A stretch of DNA of 64,000 nt from Microbotryum violaceum (taxonomy: Eukaryota), in NCBI GenBank assembly GCA_001244265.2, contig CDLV01000005.1, positions 806,001-870,000 on the forward strand, in the 5' to 3' direction. Each line of letters opens with the position of its first letter. Position 1 is the first letter of the stretch. A model generated the notes under the pieces. The model was given only the letters and a program-made list of their open reading frames with translations, did no database searches and had not been told where the DNA came from. The translations under genes and the position numbers were made by a program. Positions 14,676-27,494 of this stretch are shown one piece after another.

Positions 14676-15374
14676 GGTTGCGGGAGCGGAGAAAGAAGAT
14701 GTTGGGTGGTGGGTGGATCAGTCGAGCGAACGGTCTGAGTCCCGGGTCCGCACGGATTGACTGCTGGCGACTGCGAAGGCTACGGCGTGACGGCATCGAC
14801 ACCACTGGAATGTCAGCTTCGGCAATTCAGGGTAGGTGCGCTGCGCGTAGGAGAGAGGCAGGGAGGATGTCCCCAGGTGCGAGTTCCAGCATGCTCATAA
14901 TATATGGCGAATGCGCGTGGTGCGACCCCAACTCGCCAGGTGGTCGACGAACTGCCCGCGCGACGACGAAGCGAGCTGACCAGCCGACTCACGCTGTGCG
15001 GGTGAGAGGAACCTGCAAGCCGGCCCGGGGAACCAACTCCACTCTTGACGCGTTAGCCGGATCGAGGTGATGTTCAGTGCCGTGAGGGTTGTTTGGGTAT
15101 ACGCAGAGATAGGAGAGCGAGAGCTAGACCTGGCGCGCGGCGGGTGGTGCGAGGAAAAGGGCCATAAAGGGCCATTATGAACAGCGTTACAGCGTTAGTG
15201 GGGGTAATGGGGGAGTAATGGGGGTAATTGGGACACTATGGGGATGCGCGACGGTGGCCACGCTCGCGAACCGCCGCACGAGACGGAGAGCAGCTGCGTC
15301 ACACCACACATTCCCGGCCTTGCACCCACCCGACAGACCACACCAACCTCAACCGAAGCACCAGAACTTGAGCC

Positions 15375-16450
15375 ATGGCCATCACCGAACACGTCAAGAT
15401 CGCCGCCGACGACCCCTCGCTGCTTCCCTCGGACGACGACGACGACGACTTTACGCTCGACGACGATGCTGATGGCGCTGGCTCGTCCGGCTCCGATTCC
15501 GATTCGGACGACGACCGACCCAGCAAGAGGAACAAGACGTCCCATCTCGAACAAGCTGCAGAACCTTCGTCAGTCTACTCGGCCAGCTAGGGCCCTCTGT
15601 GAGGCTGACTCGAGCTCGCTTGGAATTCCCCCACACGTCCCAACAGCCTGACGAAACAAGATGTCGATGATTTATGGGCCTCCTTCAATTCCGAACCAGA
15701 CCCCTACGCTGCTCCGTCCACCTCAACTACAACAGCTACGACCTCCACAGCGACAGCTACTACCACTTCAACCCCCCACAACGACTCGGCGAAACCCTCA
15801 AGCTCGACAACAAAGTCGAGTCAGCCGAAGACGATCAAGATCCAAGTCGAGTACAAATTTGTCGGAGAGACGGTCATGTAGGTTGTGCGATCTAGCTGAG
15901 CCTTCAGAAACTGAAGGCTGACTGTCCAGCTCAATCTTCTTGCGCTTAAAAAATTTGACGCAGGCAAGAGAAAGAAGTGCCGATAGACTCGCCCGAAGCT
16001 CGAGAGTGGCTTGCCAAACAAGGTCAAACACCATCGACGGCACCACCTTCCAAGCCCGACGGTACATCGACTAGTACGACATCAAAGCTGGACTCTCTGT
16101 TCGGCGCCGACTCGGAGAGTACAGCAGATTCGAGCTCGGCAACCACAACCTCGGCAACGACAGAACCCGCTGCAACGACAAAACCGGCGACGTCTTCGGC
16201 ACCTCGTCGACCCAAATCAGGCGGTCTCGGAGCCCTCGCGGCTTCACTCTCCTCGAAACCGGCCAAACTCAACACGCTCGAAAAGTCCAAACTGGATTGG
16301 GGACAGTTCGTCACCAAGGAGGAAGGTCTGCAGGACGACTTGAACCACAACAGGAAGGGCGGATACTTGGAGAAGCAAGACTTTTTGAATCGGACCGAGC
16401 AAGCGAGGGAAGAGGCGTGGGAGAAGAGCAAAAGTACGCGGAGAAAGTAG
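15375..16450 (+). CDS. SWC5: SWR1 complex subunit Swc5 / BCNT-C domain protein
   Basis: Acidic N-terminus; C-terminal KLNTLEKSKLDW...KGGYLEKQDFLNR BCNT motif. Confidence 0.88.
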
Positions 16451-16480
16451 ACTGGCCTTGCTTGTGTCATCGCAACAAGT

Positions 16481-17726
16481 TTATTCGGCACCTAGACGGC
16501 CCGAAATCATGCCCATCCCCCAACCAATACGTTCCTTGCCATCTGCTCGACCCTTGCCATATCCTGTCGTTGTCAGCTTTTCCACGAAAGACTTGACTAC
16601 GTCCGAGCCTGGACCGTGCTTCTCGTCGTAGGTGTGCGCCGACGACCACGTCCTGAGATACGCTTCGAGCTCTTCCAATGACCATACGCGCTCCAAGATC
16701 AAGTCGTGCTTCTCAACCTGAACCTGTGGAGGGTCCTCCGGGTTGGTGGGGACAGCCGGAGAAGAGTCCGAAGATGCTCGAAGAAAGTAGTCTCTTCGGA
16801 ACGAGGAGGTGTCCCATTTTTTATCCGAATCGCGAGAAGGGAAGGCGTACTGGGATAGCAGGGATTCGGCGATCCCTCGACCGGGTTGTTGCCAGTAGTC
16901 TTTGAGCAAGTTGCCGGAATACTCGGGGACGAGTTGGTTCAACTCGGGTGCGGAAGGTTGAGGGAAAAACATCTCGCCGTAGCCCTGCAGTGAGAATCCG
17001 GGTTGTGAGTGGAGAGTACAACTGTTTGGGCTGATGTGCCTACTTCTCAACGCACGAAGAATACAAAAGAGCCCCCCGGTTTGAGCACCCGTGTGAGTTG
17101 CGAGTAGACGGCTTGGGCGTCGAACCAGTGAGCGGCTTGACCTTTTGGAGCGGTTTAGGATTCTCAGACGGTCAGTAAATCCAAAATCGTTTCAATACAT
17201 ATGAACTTCGGAATACGAACCTGCTACGACCAGATCGATGGACCGATCTTCCAAACCTAGAACGGCCTGGGACAAATCTTCACCTTTGCCCTGCGCGAAC
17301 CTAAGCTTGTCTTGAGTAGACGCGTCCTTCCCCTTGAGTATCTCAGTTGCATGATGGACCATGTTCTTGGATGGGTCTAGACCCAGTACCCGATCAAAGT
17401 GGGGTACAAAGGCAAAAGTCGACAAGCCGGGGCCACAGCCGAGGTCGACCAAAACGGAGGATGAGTCCTTGCCGCTGGTGCTGGTGGAAGTTGTCGAGGA
17501 CGAAGGGATGGAGGCGATAGAGAGTATGTGCTGATAGATCTTGGGCGGGTACGCACTGCGAATGAGGAAGCAGGGCTTGGTTTGAGTATCGGTACCGTCA
17601 GCTTGCGACGTCAAGTGGGGCTCAAGCGCAGCGGCGCTACATCATCAGGGGTACTGGGCCAATAACCCACGGTCTTGACAGGGCATAGCCGATCGCATCG
17701 AAGGACTGTTTGGCGAATGTGGACAT
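16481..17726 (-). CDS. SAM-dependent methyltransferase (trans-aconitate methyltransferase-like)
   Basis: MSTFAKQSF..YALSRP start, VDLGCGPG motif I, GLDPSKNM, QAAHWFD, YLRTWSS. Confidence 0.85.
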
Positions 17727-18248
17727 GGTGTTGAGCTAAGGAGAAAGAAGACCGAGGATCCGCTTGGCTCCAGGTCGAGGTGAGAAGCGGAGCAGGCGGT
17801 ATCGCAGTGAGACTCGGACACGAGGCGGGCGTAGCGGACGAACTTCGGCCAGTCCGGCTGAAACATCGGAGATCCGCTGCCGGCGGGCGGGGGTGGTCTT
17901 CAATTTGCGACTTGGCCTTTTATCTGTGTGCCCGCCTCCAATTGAAACTGCGACAAATTCATCGATGATAAAATCCAAAACCCCCTTTGTTTGAGGATGA
18001 ATTGAGAGCGACCCGAGCTCACGAAAAAGGCGAGCCGTGCGTTGCCGAGCACTGGCGTGGACTGACGTAGACCTACGTAGACCGGCTGCGGCAAGCTGCG
18101 GCCGGGCACGAGCGGAGACGAGCGGCGGTGACGAGTGGCGTCGCAAGCGTGAAGCCGGCGTCGCCTTCAACTCGCCTTTACCTACCGCAGCTTCTTTCTC
18201 ACCGTACCTAATCCTCCCCCCACCCCCCACCATTCGCAAACGGTCACC

Positions 18249-19021
18249 ATGGCCGCCTCCCGCTTCACCCGAGTGACTCCTCTACTCCGATCATTGGCCT
18301 CTACACCCACCCGACCGTCCACGAGCGCCGCGGTGTCCTTCACCCCGCTCGCCACCACCTCCTCGCGATTCCCAACCTCGTCCCTGCGCTGCACCTTCTC
18401 CACCACCTCGACCTCGTACGCCTCCGAAGCACCTCCGCAATCTCCCTGGGAAGCAAGAGGTTTCCAATCCGAAGTCCCTATGTTCGATAGGCTACAGAGC
18501 CATCCTGAAGTGCTGCAATCGATCGAACAACTCGCGGAGATCGTCAAGGAGAAGACCGGCGTCGACTTGAGGAATGGTGATGCTCCGACCATGAGCCTGA
18601 TGTACAAACTTGCCCAGTGAGTTCTTCTACGTCGTGTTAGGACAGACGAAGGTGCAGCTCGGCACGGACCGCTCGTTTGACTCCCCTTTGTTCTGGCAAT
18701 CGGCTCGATTCGGCTCAGCGGTCAGCTCCTGATGCACGTTGGAAATGCTCCTTCTGACCCTGGACCCTCTCACCCACCCACAGGGATCCCGAGCTTCGAA
18801 CGGCCGCCGAATCCCTCATGGTCGCCTTGCGCTCGGCCGGCATCCAAGTCGACCCCAAGCAGGCCTTCAACGCACTGCAGATGATGGGCGGAGCCGGTTT
18901 CGAGGACAAGAACAGTCTCAAGGATTTGCACGAGGCCGTCAGGAAAGGGAAGGGAGAGGAGGGAGGGGAGGGCGGGGAGGGCGAGGGTGAAGGCGAGGGG
19001 GAGAAGGGAGGCAAGAAGTAG
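18249..19021 (+). CDS. Small hypothetical protein with mitochondrial-targeting-like N-terminus (2 exons)
   Basis: ORF 18249-18620 with Arg/Ser/Thr-rich N-terminus, intron gtgagt..cag, exon ending at 19021. Confidence 0.65.
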
Positions 19022-19241
19022 AATGGAGGAATCTATCCGGACGCTCGACGCAGAGCTTGCAGGAGTTGCTGTATCAACAAAGTTGTAACATTGTAATAAC
19101 TATCATCTCTCTTGGACCGAATCCGACAGCGAGGTCACATTCCCTGTCTCGGCATTGAGCTTCTCAAAAACGGCCCCACAAACATTATTTCGGTCCGGCA
19201 CATGGATTGCACCCGTGCACAGGGTATGGCATCACACCCCC

Positions 19242-21369
19242 TTATCCAAGCTCTACAAACGAACGATCATGTCTCACAATCACCGGATCGAAGGTCAGAT
19301 TCGGCATCTTCTCCCAAATCGGCTCTACATCCGGACCATCCAAATCACCGGGCCCGTCCCAACCCCAACACCACACGTAAGGTGGCGGCTGCTTGAATAC
19401 GATTGCTTCCGATTCTTCTTGGCGGAACAGTCGGTCGTGGGGACCGTGCCATGAGCGATCTTGCGGATCTGAATGCGGGTCGTCGGCGTTCCCACCGAGG
19501 CGGGTGTAGCCTCGGATCGTTGTGAGGTTCCTTCGCTCGGGGTGAATGAGATGGAAGACGCTCTGTTTGGACGATTCACTCTTCGTGTAAGCTCAAGAGC
19601 ACGGATAGGACAGCACGAGTCAACTCACCCCTTCATAAGCCAACTTCACCCGCGGGATCATGATGATGCGCCCGTAGCCCGCCTCCCAGTAATCGTTGCA
19701 AATGAGCGAGCATTCGGACGCCGAGCATTCGCCCTTGGGCAAGTTCGCCATGCGGAACCGAACGTGTGGGTGCGCATACATCGGTGCCGGGTCCAAGATT
19801 GCAATCCCGTTCCAGCAGGATTGTACCTGAATTGGCAAGTGGCGCTGGAAGCGGTGCGTGGATTCGGTGTCGTGAAAGACGTTCTCGAAGGGGGCGTTCT
19901 CCAAAGCGGTGCCGTTGATATCTCGAGCGACCCAACTGAGCGCGGAAAAAGAAAGCGCACCTCAGCAAGCTGGTCTTGTTGATCGATCCGACGCATCCAA
20001 CTCACTTGTCGTAAAAGACCGGGGCACCCTGGACGAGCGAGCCGAGAGCGAGCAAATAAGCATCTGAATTTTGAATCTAACAGAAGGGGACTTGAGATGA
20101 CTTACCACTTCGTCGTGATAGATGTAATCACTACCGCAGGTGATACCGGCGTTTTGTCGTCGACTTTGCCAAATGAGCTCGAGCAGGTCATCCACGCAGG
20201 GCAAGACGTCGTTCATGAAGATGATTGAGTCAAAGACTTCGCCCGTCGCATCGCGAAGTTCTTGGAGTGGTACAAGCGCAGCATTGCGCACCTCGGCGAG
20301 GTACTCGATACGATGCGCGAATGCTCCACGTCGACGCTGCGATGATCGGATCGTGACACGCAGTCCGACGGAGCGACAGAGGGCGTCAAAGACCCGCAGA
20401 AGAGCCTTCGTTTGATCCGACGAGCCGTTCTCGTAGACGGAGATAAAGACGTTGTTGTACCCCAAGATCGCCGAGACTCGAAACATGTTGGAAAAGAGAT
20501 CGGGAATAATGTCGAAAGAGTTGTACTGCGTGCATGTGTGTGTGGGATGGGTGAATTAGCGCGGTCCACGCGAATGACGGAGTCCGATGAAGCGTACCAA
20601 GTTGATCGCAAAGTAGTACTTGTGCCCCTGCGACATGCCTTTCCCCCCATTCCGCAAGTCCGAGTGAAAGATCTTGTTGATCTCGGTCTCTTCATGGTCC
20701 GAATGCGAGAAGAAACCCCTCTTCTTGAGAAGCTTGGGTACGAGTCGCGAGAGCACCCCACGCCGCGAGTTCTTCCTCTGGTACCCGACGATGGGCTCGT
20801 AGCGCTCGTACACTTGGCGTCGATAGGCCTTTTGCGCCTTGCGCAAGCAGAACCGTGTGTGTCGACCTGTCAAGGTGCCAAGCACTTTGATGATGCGCTC
20901 GCGTTGCTCGAGTGTCGGCAGTGATGTCGGTTTCGTCCGAGGATTCCAGTTCGTGCTGAGCGAACCACCGGAGGGATGCCAACTCGACGCTCCGCTCTGG
21001 TAGTATGATTTCCATTGAACCGAATGCAATTAGAATTTGGTCACAACCCCATTCAGGCAATGGTGGCGACGATGATCTCGAACTCACGCTACCCCCCATC
21101 AGCGCACTCGCAATGATGAGCCCGATCAGGACTCCGGCTAGCAGGCTCAAGGCCGAAGCTCCTCTTCGCCTGAGGTATACGAGGAAATTGTCCTTATTTT
21201 CGCTCGACGATAGACTCCCCCGCATCAAAGATATCGAAGAATACTTGCGCCGTCGCATCGTGTTGGATCCGCTGCTTGGGGCCCCGCTCGTGCTCATGCT
21301 GTTCGCCGTATGACCCGGTGCCGTGCCAGCACCGGTCAACGGTCGCATCTGAGAGTACGACGACGACAT
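19242..21369 (-). CDS. CAP59: CAP59/CMT1-family alpha-1,3-mannosyltransferase (GT69)
   Basis: Type II TM anchor; YENGSSDQT, HRIEYLAEVRNAAL, FMND, VQSCWNGIAILD, CSASECSLICNDYW, WCWGWDG motifs. Confidence 0.8.
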
Positions 21370-22442
21370 GCCCTCGAGCCAGACGATCCGTCGACGTAGC
21401 TAGGGCTAGAACCTCGGAGGGTGGAGTTGTTGGTGAAAGTGCACACGCAATCGAGTTGAACGTGGAACGGAGAGCGCGGGCCCGGCCAGACCTTGTCAGC
21501 CATCGATCAGCCAACTTGTACTTGGTGCTAGACGGCCGAATCTATCCGATCGATCGATGCGCGGCGGCCGGGCCAGTCACGAGTATCACTCACCTTTTTT
21601 TGCTGAACGAGAAATTCACAATGCACATGCTCATCCGAAGGTGAATGCTCTCTGAGAAACGGGTCGTCACTGCACGTCTCCGGCGGCCGAAAACCTTTTA
21701 ATCTGGTGCAAAGGCTTGCCTGCCCTGGGGGATTAACGCGATGCAGGCAAATGTGCAAGACACCCCCCAACAATACCAACAGTTATCCTTGAAATGGCGC
21801 TTCCACATAGTTTCGTTTCAACATTCGCCATAGACTAGATCGCCCTCCCATGCAGCCATCAAGCTGCCGGATAAAAAAAAACCCAACTTGTGAAGAAAGA
21901 TACATATATAATCGTACGGGGAGCCGGATCGTTTCATCTACGGAGCTTACGGAATGTGCTACTGCAGATCGGAGCGGCTTAGCCTGCTCAGGCTGAAACG
22001 TCTCAGGTTGCTGCGGTCGCGTGAAACCGAACGGGGAAGATCATGCGATCGCTGTGACTAGGGAGCGCGAGATAATTTTCTCAATCGTTTCGGCGCCAGG
22101 CCCTAGTAGCCCACTCATGCTCGGGAAATTATTCCGTCCCTTTCACTAGACTGAGAATTTGCTTTAACGCGTCGGCGATCCGCGGGAACGGGCGGTTGCG
22201 ATAAATTGCGATTCGCGACCCAGGTACTTGTCGAGCGCTTCACGCCTCTCTCTGTCTCCGCGCTTGGCTTCCACGCTCGCCTTCTTCTATCATTATCAGA
22301 GTGTACGACGGAACCGAGGCCCGAGCAAGTCCTGCGGGCTCAAAACACGGACGGATCTAGCTGTGCTCTGTGTTTAAGTACACCCCTTTGAACCGACTGT
22401 AGCAGGAGCCAGCCCATCGCGCGTTCGGTAGTCGCAGATCGC

Positions 22443-24674
22443 ATGGTCGGCGGTCCCTCGCCTCGACGCTCAAGCAGTGGTAGCGCGTCGGGTAGTCCGG
22501 TGCACCGCAAGGCCACGTCGTTCAGCTCGATCAAGGTCGAGCCGTTTCGCTCGTCATCGTCGCTCTACAACCCGGGCTCGAACGGCGGCTTGTACGCGAT
22601 CCGCAATGGCCAGGGCTACCACCATTCCCGCCCCGGATCGTGGGTGCGAGCGCTGGCCATCTCGTGGCTGCCGACGCCGCTGCGGCGACTGCTGTACCTC
22701 CACCCGACCGCATACCTCATCCCGTGCTTCCTCTTCTTCTTCCTCATTGCGTCGAGCTCCTTGTCCCAGTCGCCGGACAACCACCCCCTCGAGATCTTGC
22801 ACGAGCTGCCTTTGCACCCCTTCGCGGCGTTCAACGTCAAGTGTCACGACGCGCCCCACGCCTCGCTCGTTGTCAAGCCGGAATACGTCGACGACGTGCT
22901 CGCCGGTCAAGACCACAAGGTCACCGCAATCGTGCTGCATGGCTTCAACGATCGCAATCAATGGACCGATCCGCTCAAGGCCGCGCTCCCCTACGTCAAA
23001 TGGTGCGTTCTCCATTTTCGTTCTGACTGTCACGCCAACGCGCCTCCCCCCACTTTGGTTCAACCGACTTGGCGCGCGGCAGCGAGACTGATCTCCGGGC
23101 TCGGTCGTGTGGACAACTTTTGCCTCCCCCATGGGCAATGTCTGTCTTCCACAGGATACATCCGAAGGGACGCACGATTAACATAACCGCCAATGAAGGC
23201 CATGCTTCACCCGCGTGGTACAACATCAAGTAGGTTTTTCTTCCTCCTCGTGGCTCGTGGCCCATAGACAGCACGGACCCCTTCGCACGAGCTAACGACG
23301 CCAGTCGTTCCTTTGCCCGCCAGGACCTATCACGACATACACGAAGATGAGGACCGGGCAGGGATGTTGGAGACACAGCGACAGCTCAACCAACTTATCA
23401 AGCGAGAACGGAGCGTGTTTGAGCAGCGTGGGGAAACGCCGAGAATTGTCGTGGGCGGGTTTGGCCAAGGTTCGTGTGCCGATCTCTTGGCGCATGCGTG
23501 TTCTGGTTCTTCTGCAGGATGCTCAACAGTTCTCCGACTATTTGGACAGGTGCGACCATGGCGATCCTAAGTGCATTGACTTCGGCCGAGCCGCTCGATG
23601 CCGTGATTGCGCTGTCGGGCTACGTCCCCGTGCCTTCGAAAGCCCTCGAGGTGAGAACCGACCCGGACCCTTCTCTTCGAGAGTAAAGCTCATTAAGTTA
23701 TCTCGTTGTTGCGCACCCGCAGATCGCCTCCGCGGTTCGCAAGTCGACCCCCATCTTCTGGGGTCACGGGAAGAAGGATCCCTATTTCTCGTGCGCTCTT
23801 CGGATCGCTCCGATCTCCGCCTACCCGGGTGCTGACGTACACCCCGTCTACTCTTCCTCCAAATACCAGTGTGGAGGCTGCAGAAGAGGATGCCAACGCC
23901 TTGCAACTGCCGCCGTACTCACTCACCAATGTCGAGTTCCGTTCCTACGAAGGGCTCGAGCACTTTTGGCGCGCCGACGAAGTCAATGACTTGATCGGGT
24001 GGCTGCGTCTAACGGTGCAGGTCTCGGATCCGGTCGAATCCGCCGAGGTGGTCGAAGACGCGGTCGCGCAGGTTCCGACGCCCGAGGAAGTGGGCGAGAC
24101 GGATACGATCGACGAGGATAGCGAAGAGCTCGTCGACGAGGACGCGCAGCCGTTAAAGGCTGGCTTCGGTCGACCCAACCCGGGGCAGGTCGGCGGCGCG
24201 ATGACACCGGAGAAGGGCGCGGGTGATGAGAGTGATGACGGAACAGCTCTGATCAGAGCGCCCCTCGTAAAGCCGGAAACGTTCAAAGTGTCTGGGTCGG
24301 GGAGAAAGAGCGGGCCGAATCGACTCCTGCCGGCCAAGGACACCCAAGCTGACGAGGACGAGGATGATTCCGAGGCATCCGATGTGGAAGGCAAGCCGAA
24401 GCTCGCCGGACCCGGCCGTGCATCTCCCCTACCGGTGCTTCCGGTTGAAATCGACCTTCCGCTGCCCGCAAGTGAAGTTGCGGTCGTCGACTCGAACGCA
24501 GACGGGCATGTCGAGGACACGCTCTCGGATCTAGTGAAGGAAGCGCAAGAAGCCGAGGCGTCGGCAAAGGCGGGCCTGTTGGACACGACGCCGATGGAGG
24601 ACGAGTTACAGGATGTTCCTTTGGAAGAGCAAGCAGCAGCAGCAGCAGAGGCGCCGAATCCCGGCGACGCATAG
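22443..24674 (+). CDS. Membrane-anchored phospholipase/carboxylesterase (APT1-like, Abhydrolase_2) with acidic tail
   Basis: IVLHGF, PAWYNI, IVVGGFGQG, ALSGY, FWGHGKKDP, YEGLEH motifs over several exons. Confidence 0.8.
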
Positions 24675-24967
24675 TACTCCCGCTTTTTCTTTGGATAGCA
24701 TAAAATACTAGTGACGAAGCGTTCGTTTTCCGCTGTTTGTTGTAGTTGTAGATGATGATTCCCCCTTTCAGGTTTTTCACAGTAGGCCTGGAACCTCTGA
24801 CGATTTTGCCATGCATTCTCTTTTTTAGACCTCAGCCTCTCATGGTAGCCGCTCACGAGGTAACTTATGGTATATGTGTTACTCCTTTCCATGCGTTGTA
24901 CACCCTATCCACGAGGAGTGCGAGCAAGGCACGATGAAGCCTGGGTGAATGGGGCCGTTGGCCTACA

Positions 24968-26317
24968 TCACTGCTCTCCTAGCCTGTGGCCGCTTCCCCA
25001 ACGATGCCTGACCCCTTCTGCCGCACTCGTCCCAGCTCTCGCGATCGGAGTGGAGCTCGTGGCTTGAACTCCATCCCCTCGGGGTCGAGGTGTCGCGCCC
25101 AACCGGTTGCCTCCCGCAGGTCGAAAGCCCCAGCCGCCACCGGCTTGGTAGGTCGCTCCGGCGGCGCCAGGAGTCTCGGGACCGTTGCCAAATTGCTGGA
25201 CCAAAAAATTTGGGGTACCCATGAAAGGCAAACCTGTACCCCCATTTTGGCGTGGGTAGATCTGGCGTCGGAATAGAGAATAAGAACTCAGCTCAACGGG
25301 TCGTGGATGAGAGCTTGTCAGACCCGCGAACGTACGACCGCAAGGAAATAGTAGGCGTGGGCTGCGACAACTCCAGTGGCTGATTGTATCGCCAACGAAG
25401 GACCGGCTTGGACGAGATCCAGCAAAATGAGCGCAAAGGGGAAGTAAGGCGCGGGGAGGTTGATGATGCCGAAGAGGGAGACTCTGCACATGGGGGGGGG
25501 GGGGGGGGTTCGAGATCAGTCTTGACAACGAAATCGAATGCGCGGATGTTATCCGATAACACACCTGTTTTGTGCATTCGTCTGGGCCCACTGTGGAGGC
25601 GGCAGAAGGTCGCGAGCCGATGCGCGGTCAGCATGTGGGGGAGGGGAGGTCCGGAAGCGCCACGTCAGCTGGAGCACCGAGAGCGCAGACGCACGAGATG
25701 GGTCACGGCTAGCAGGAATGGACGGAAAAAGACCATGGTTCGGAGGGGATAGTTTGTGCCCTGCCAGTTGATCGCCAATGAACCTCGGCGGTCAGTCATT
25801 CAAAGACGGGGCCATGCACACCAGAGTGGGGGGGAGCGACTGACCATTACGCCACCGGCGATGATGATCAAGGCCCATACTGGAGATTGAGGAAATGTGA
25901 CGATATCGTGTCCGCTCTCTCGCGCGTTAGAGGCAAAGCTCGGAACAGGGCGACGATCATGCTCCCCACGGACGTACCAAAGTCGGCGGTCCTCCTCTGG
26001 AAGTGGCTCTCTTCGAGATCGTTGAGCCCACGGAAGAGCATGAACGTGTCAAACAGGAGGGGCAGTCCACTTCCTCCGTAGAGAAACGAGGTTACGAGTC
26101 GCCATAGCTGGAACTTTTGGAAGACGAGCGCTTGGACGTAGATGACCTTGTACGGCGACAAGAGCTGGAGCAGGCACGGCAACGTCACTGCGAGCACGCC
26201 GCCGACGAGAGTGCGTGTCACGGGCGGGATCTTGCGAATCTGTCAGAAGCAGAAATGATGGCGTGTCAATCTCAGGTACGCCTTGGTGGTGTAGGTGAGG
26301 CGACGCACTTCATCCAT
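24968..26317 (-). CDS. Derlin (Der1/Dfm1 family ERAD rhomboid pseudoprotease)
   Basis: IPPVTRTL, FQLWRLVTSF (WR motif), LEESHF; C-terminal SHP-box-like HRWGSGHRLG. Confidence 0.88.
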
Positions 26318-26796
26318 CGTCGGTGCAGTAGACTCGGAAGTGGGGTGACGTGCGCGGGCTCAGGGTGAAAGGCGTTCGGGCAGCGCCTGCTCACTCGTGC
26401 TGAATGCCCCAGCGGGTGTCCGCAGGTGTCCGCTGGGGTCCGGGCCCGGTGTCGGCCGATCGACCCCTGCACGAGTCTGGAGTATGACAAGCTGCCGTGC
26501 GCATGACAGCGCAAAGATTTCCACGTGCATTCGCATGATCCCTAACATTGGAGACGGTGGATACCGCACGATCGAAATCTCAATGTTGCGTATCTGGACC
26601 CGGTTCATGTGGAAAAGGGGCACTGGGCAACTTGTTGCTGTCCACGGCGAACAACTTCTGCTCTGCGGCCTGTTAGAATATTCTAGACTCTAGAAGGTTT
26701 GTCTGTAAATTCAATGGGAGCATCCCATTATACATCGCCCTAATAAATATGTCATACTTGTCCTGAAATGGCACCGAAACAACGCTGAGCACGGCA

Positions 26797-26900
26797 CTGG
26801 AAATGCTCTGGAATAGATCCGGAAAGCTCTGGAAAAGATCCGGAAAGCTCTGGAAAACTCTGGAAATGCTCTGGAAATGCTCTGGAAGCTCTGGAAGCGC
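26797..26900. repeat. Imperfect tandem array of (ATG)CTCTGGAA units, ~9-11 bp period
   Basis: About 9 copies of CTCTGGAA/TCCGGAA seen directly; flanked by TCTAGA-rich motifs. Confidence 0.8.
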
Positions 26901-27494
26901 ACTGAATGTCTGGATTTCCAGACAATATCTAGAGCAATCTAGCACCGCAGAGTTGAATGCCCTTTACGCGCTTTACGCCCGGATTGTTCTAGATCGGCTC
27001 TGAATTGCTCTAGATTGTTCTGAAGCGCGCGCGGTAGAGTTGCTGATGGAGTCAGCGGCTGGTTTTCAGGGCGTTCTTTCCTCGGTCAGAATAGTGTCGG
27101 GGAACGGGGAACTCAATGCTCCCAAGGATGATTCATTCCGGCAGAGACGCTTTGCGAGAGAGGGGAACAAGAGTTCAAAATAGGAAAAACGTACGTCACC
27201 TTTCTAAGTTGTCGTCCTGTTGTCGTTCTGGTGGAAAAGCCGGCGAAGGTGGGTGTTTGTTAACTGGCTGAGTTCGAGCCGAAACGTGCGAAATGATAGG
27301 CATCGAATACGTTGTTCGCTGTACACGGCCACCGAAGTGGTCGGCAATCAAACACTGGCCCATTCTCTCCTATCCAGCTCAAGGCTGATTATGCGATATC
27401 GTGCCGCCAACAGCTTCCAAATTGAAATACAACAACAGGGCAGACTAAGGTTTCCGCGAAGCGATTACCAAGTTAATCTCTTCCAGGATGAAAT

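Noticed and set aside
25491-25508. Long G homopolymer as a functional G-quadruplex or contingency locus
   Set aside because: It appears to lie in a Derlin intron, with no other support.
26797-26900. Possible CRISPR array
   Set aside because: Units are 9-11 bp with no unique spacers, the context is eukaryotic, and no cas genes are present.
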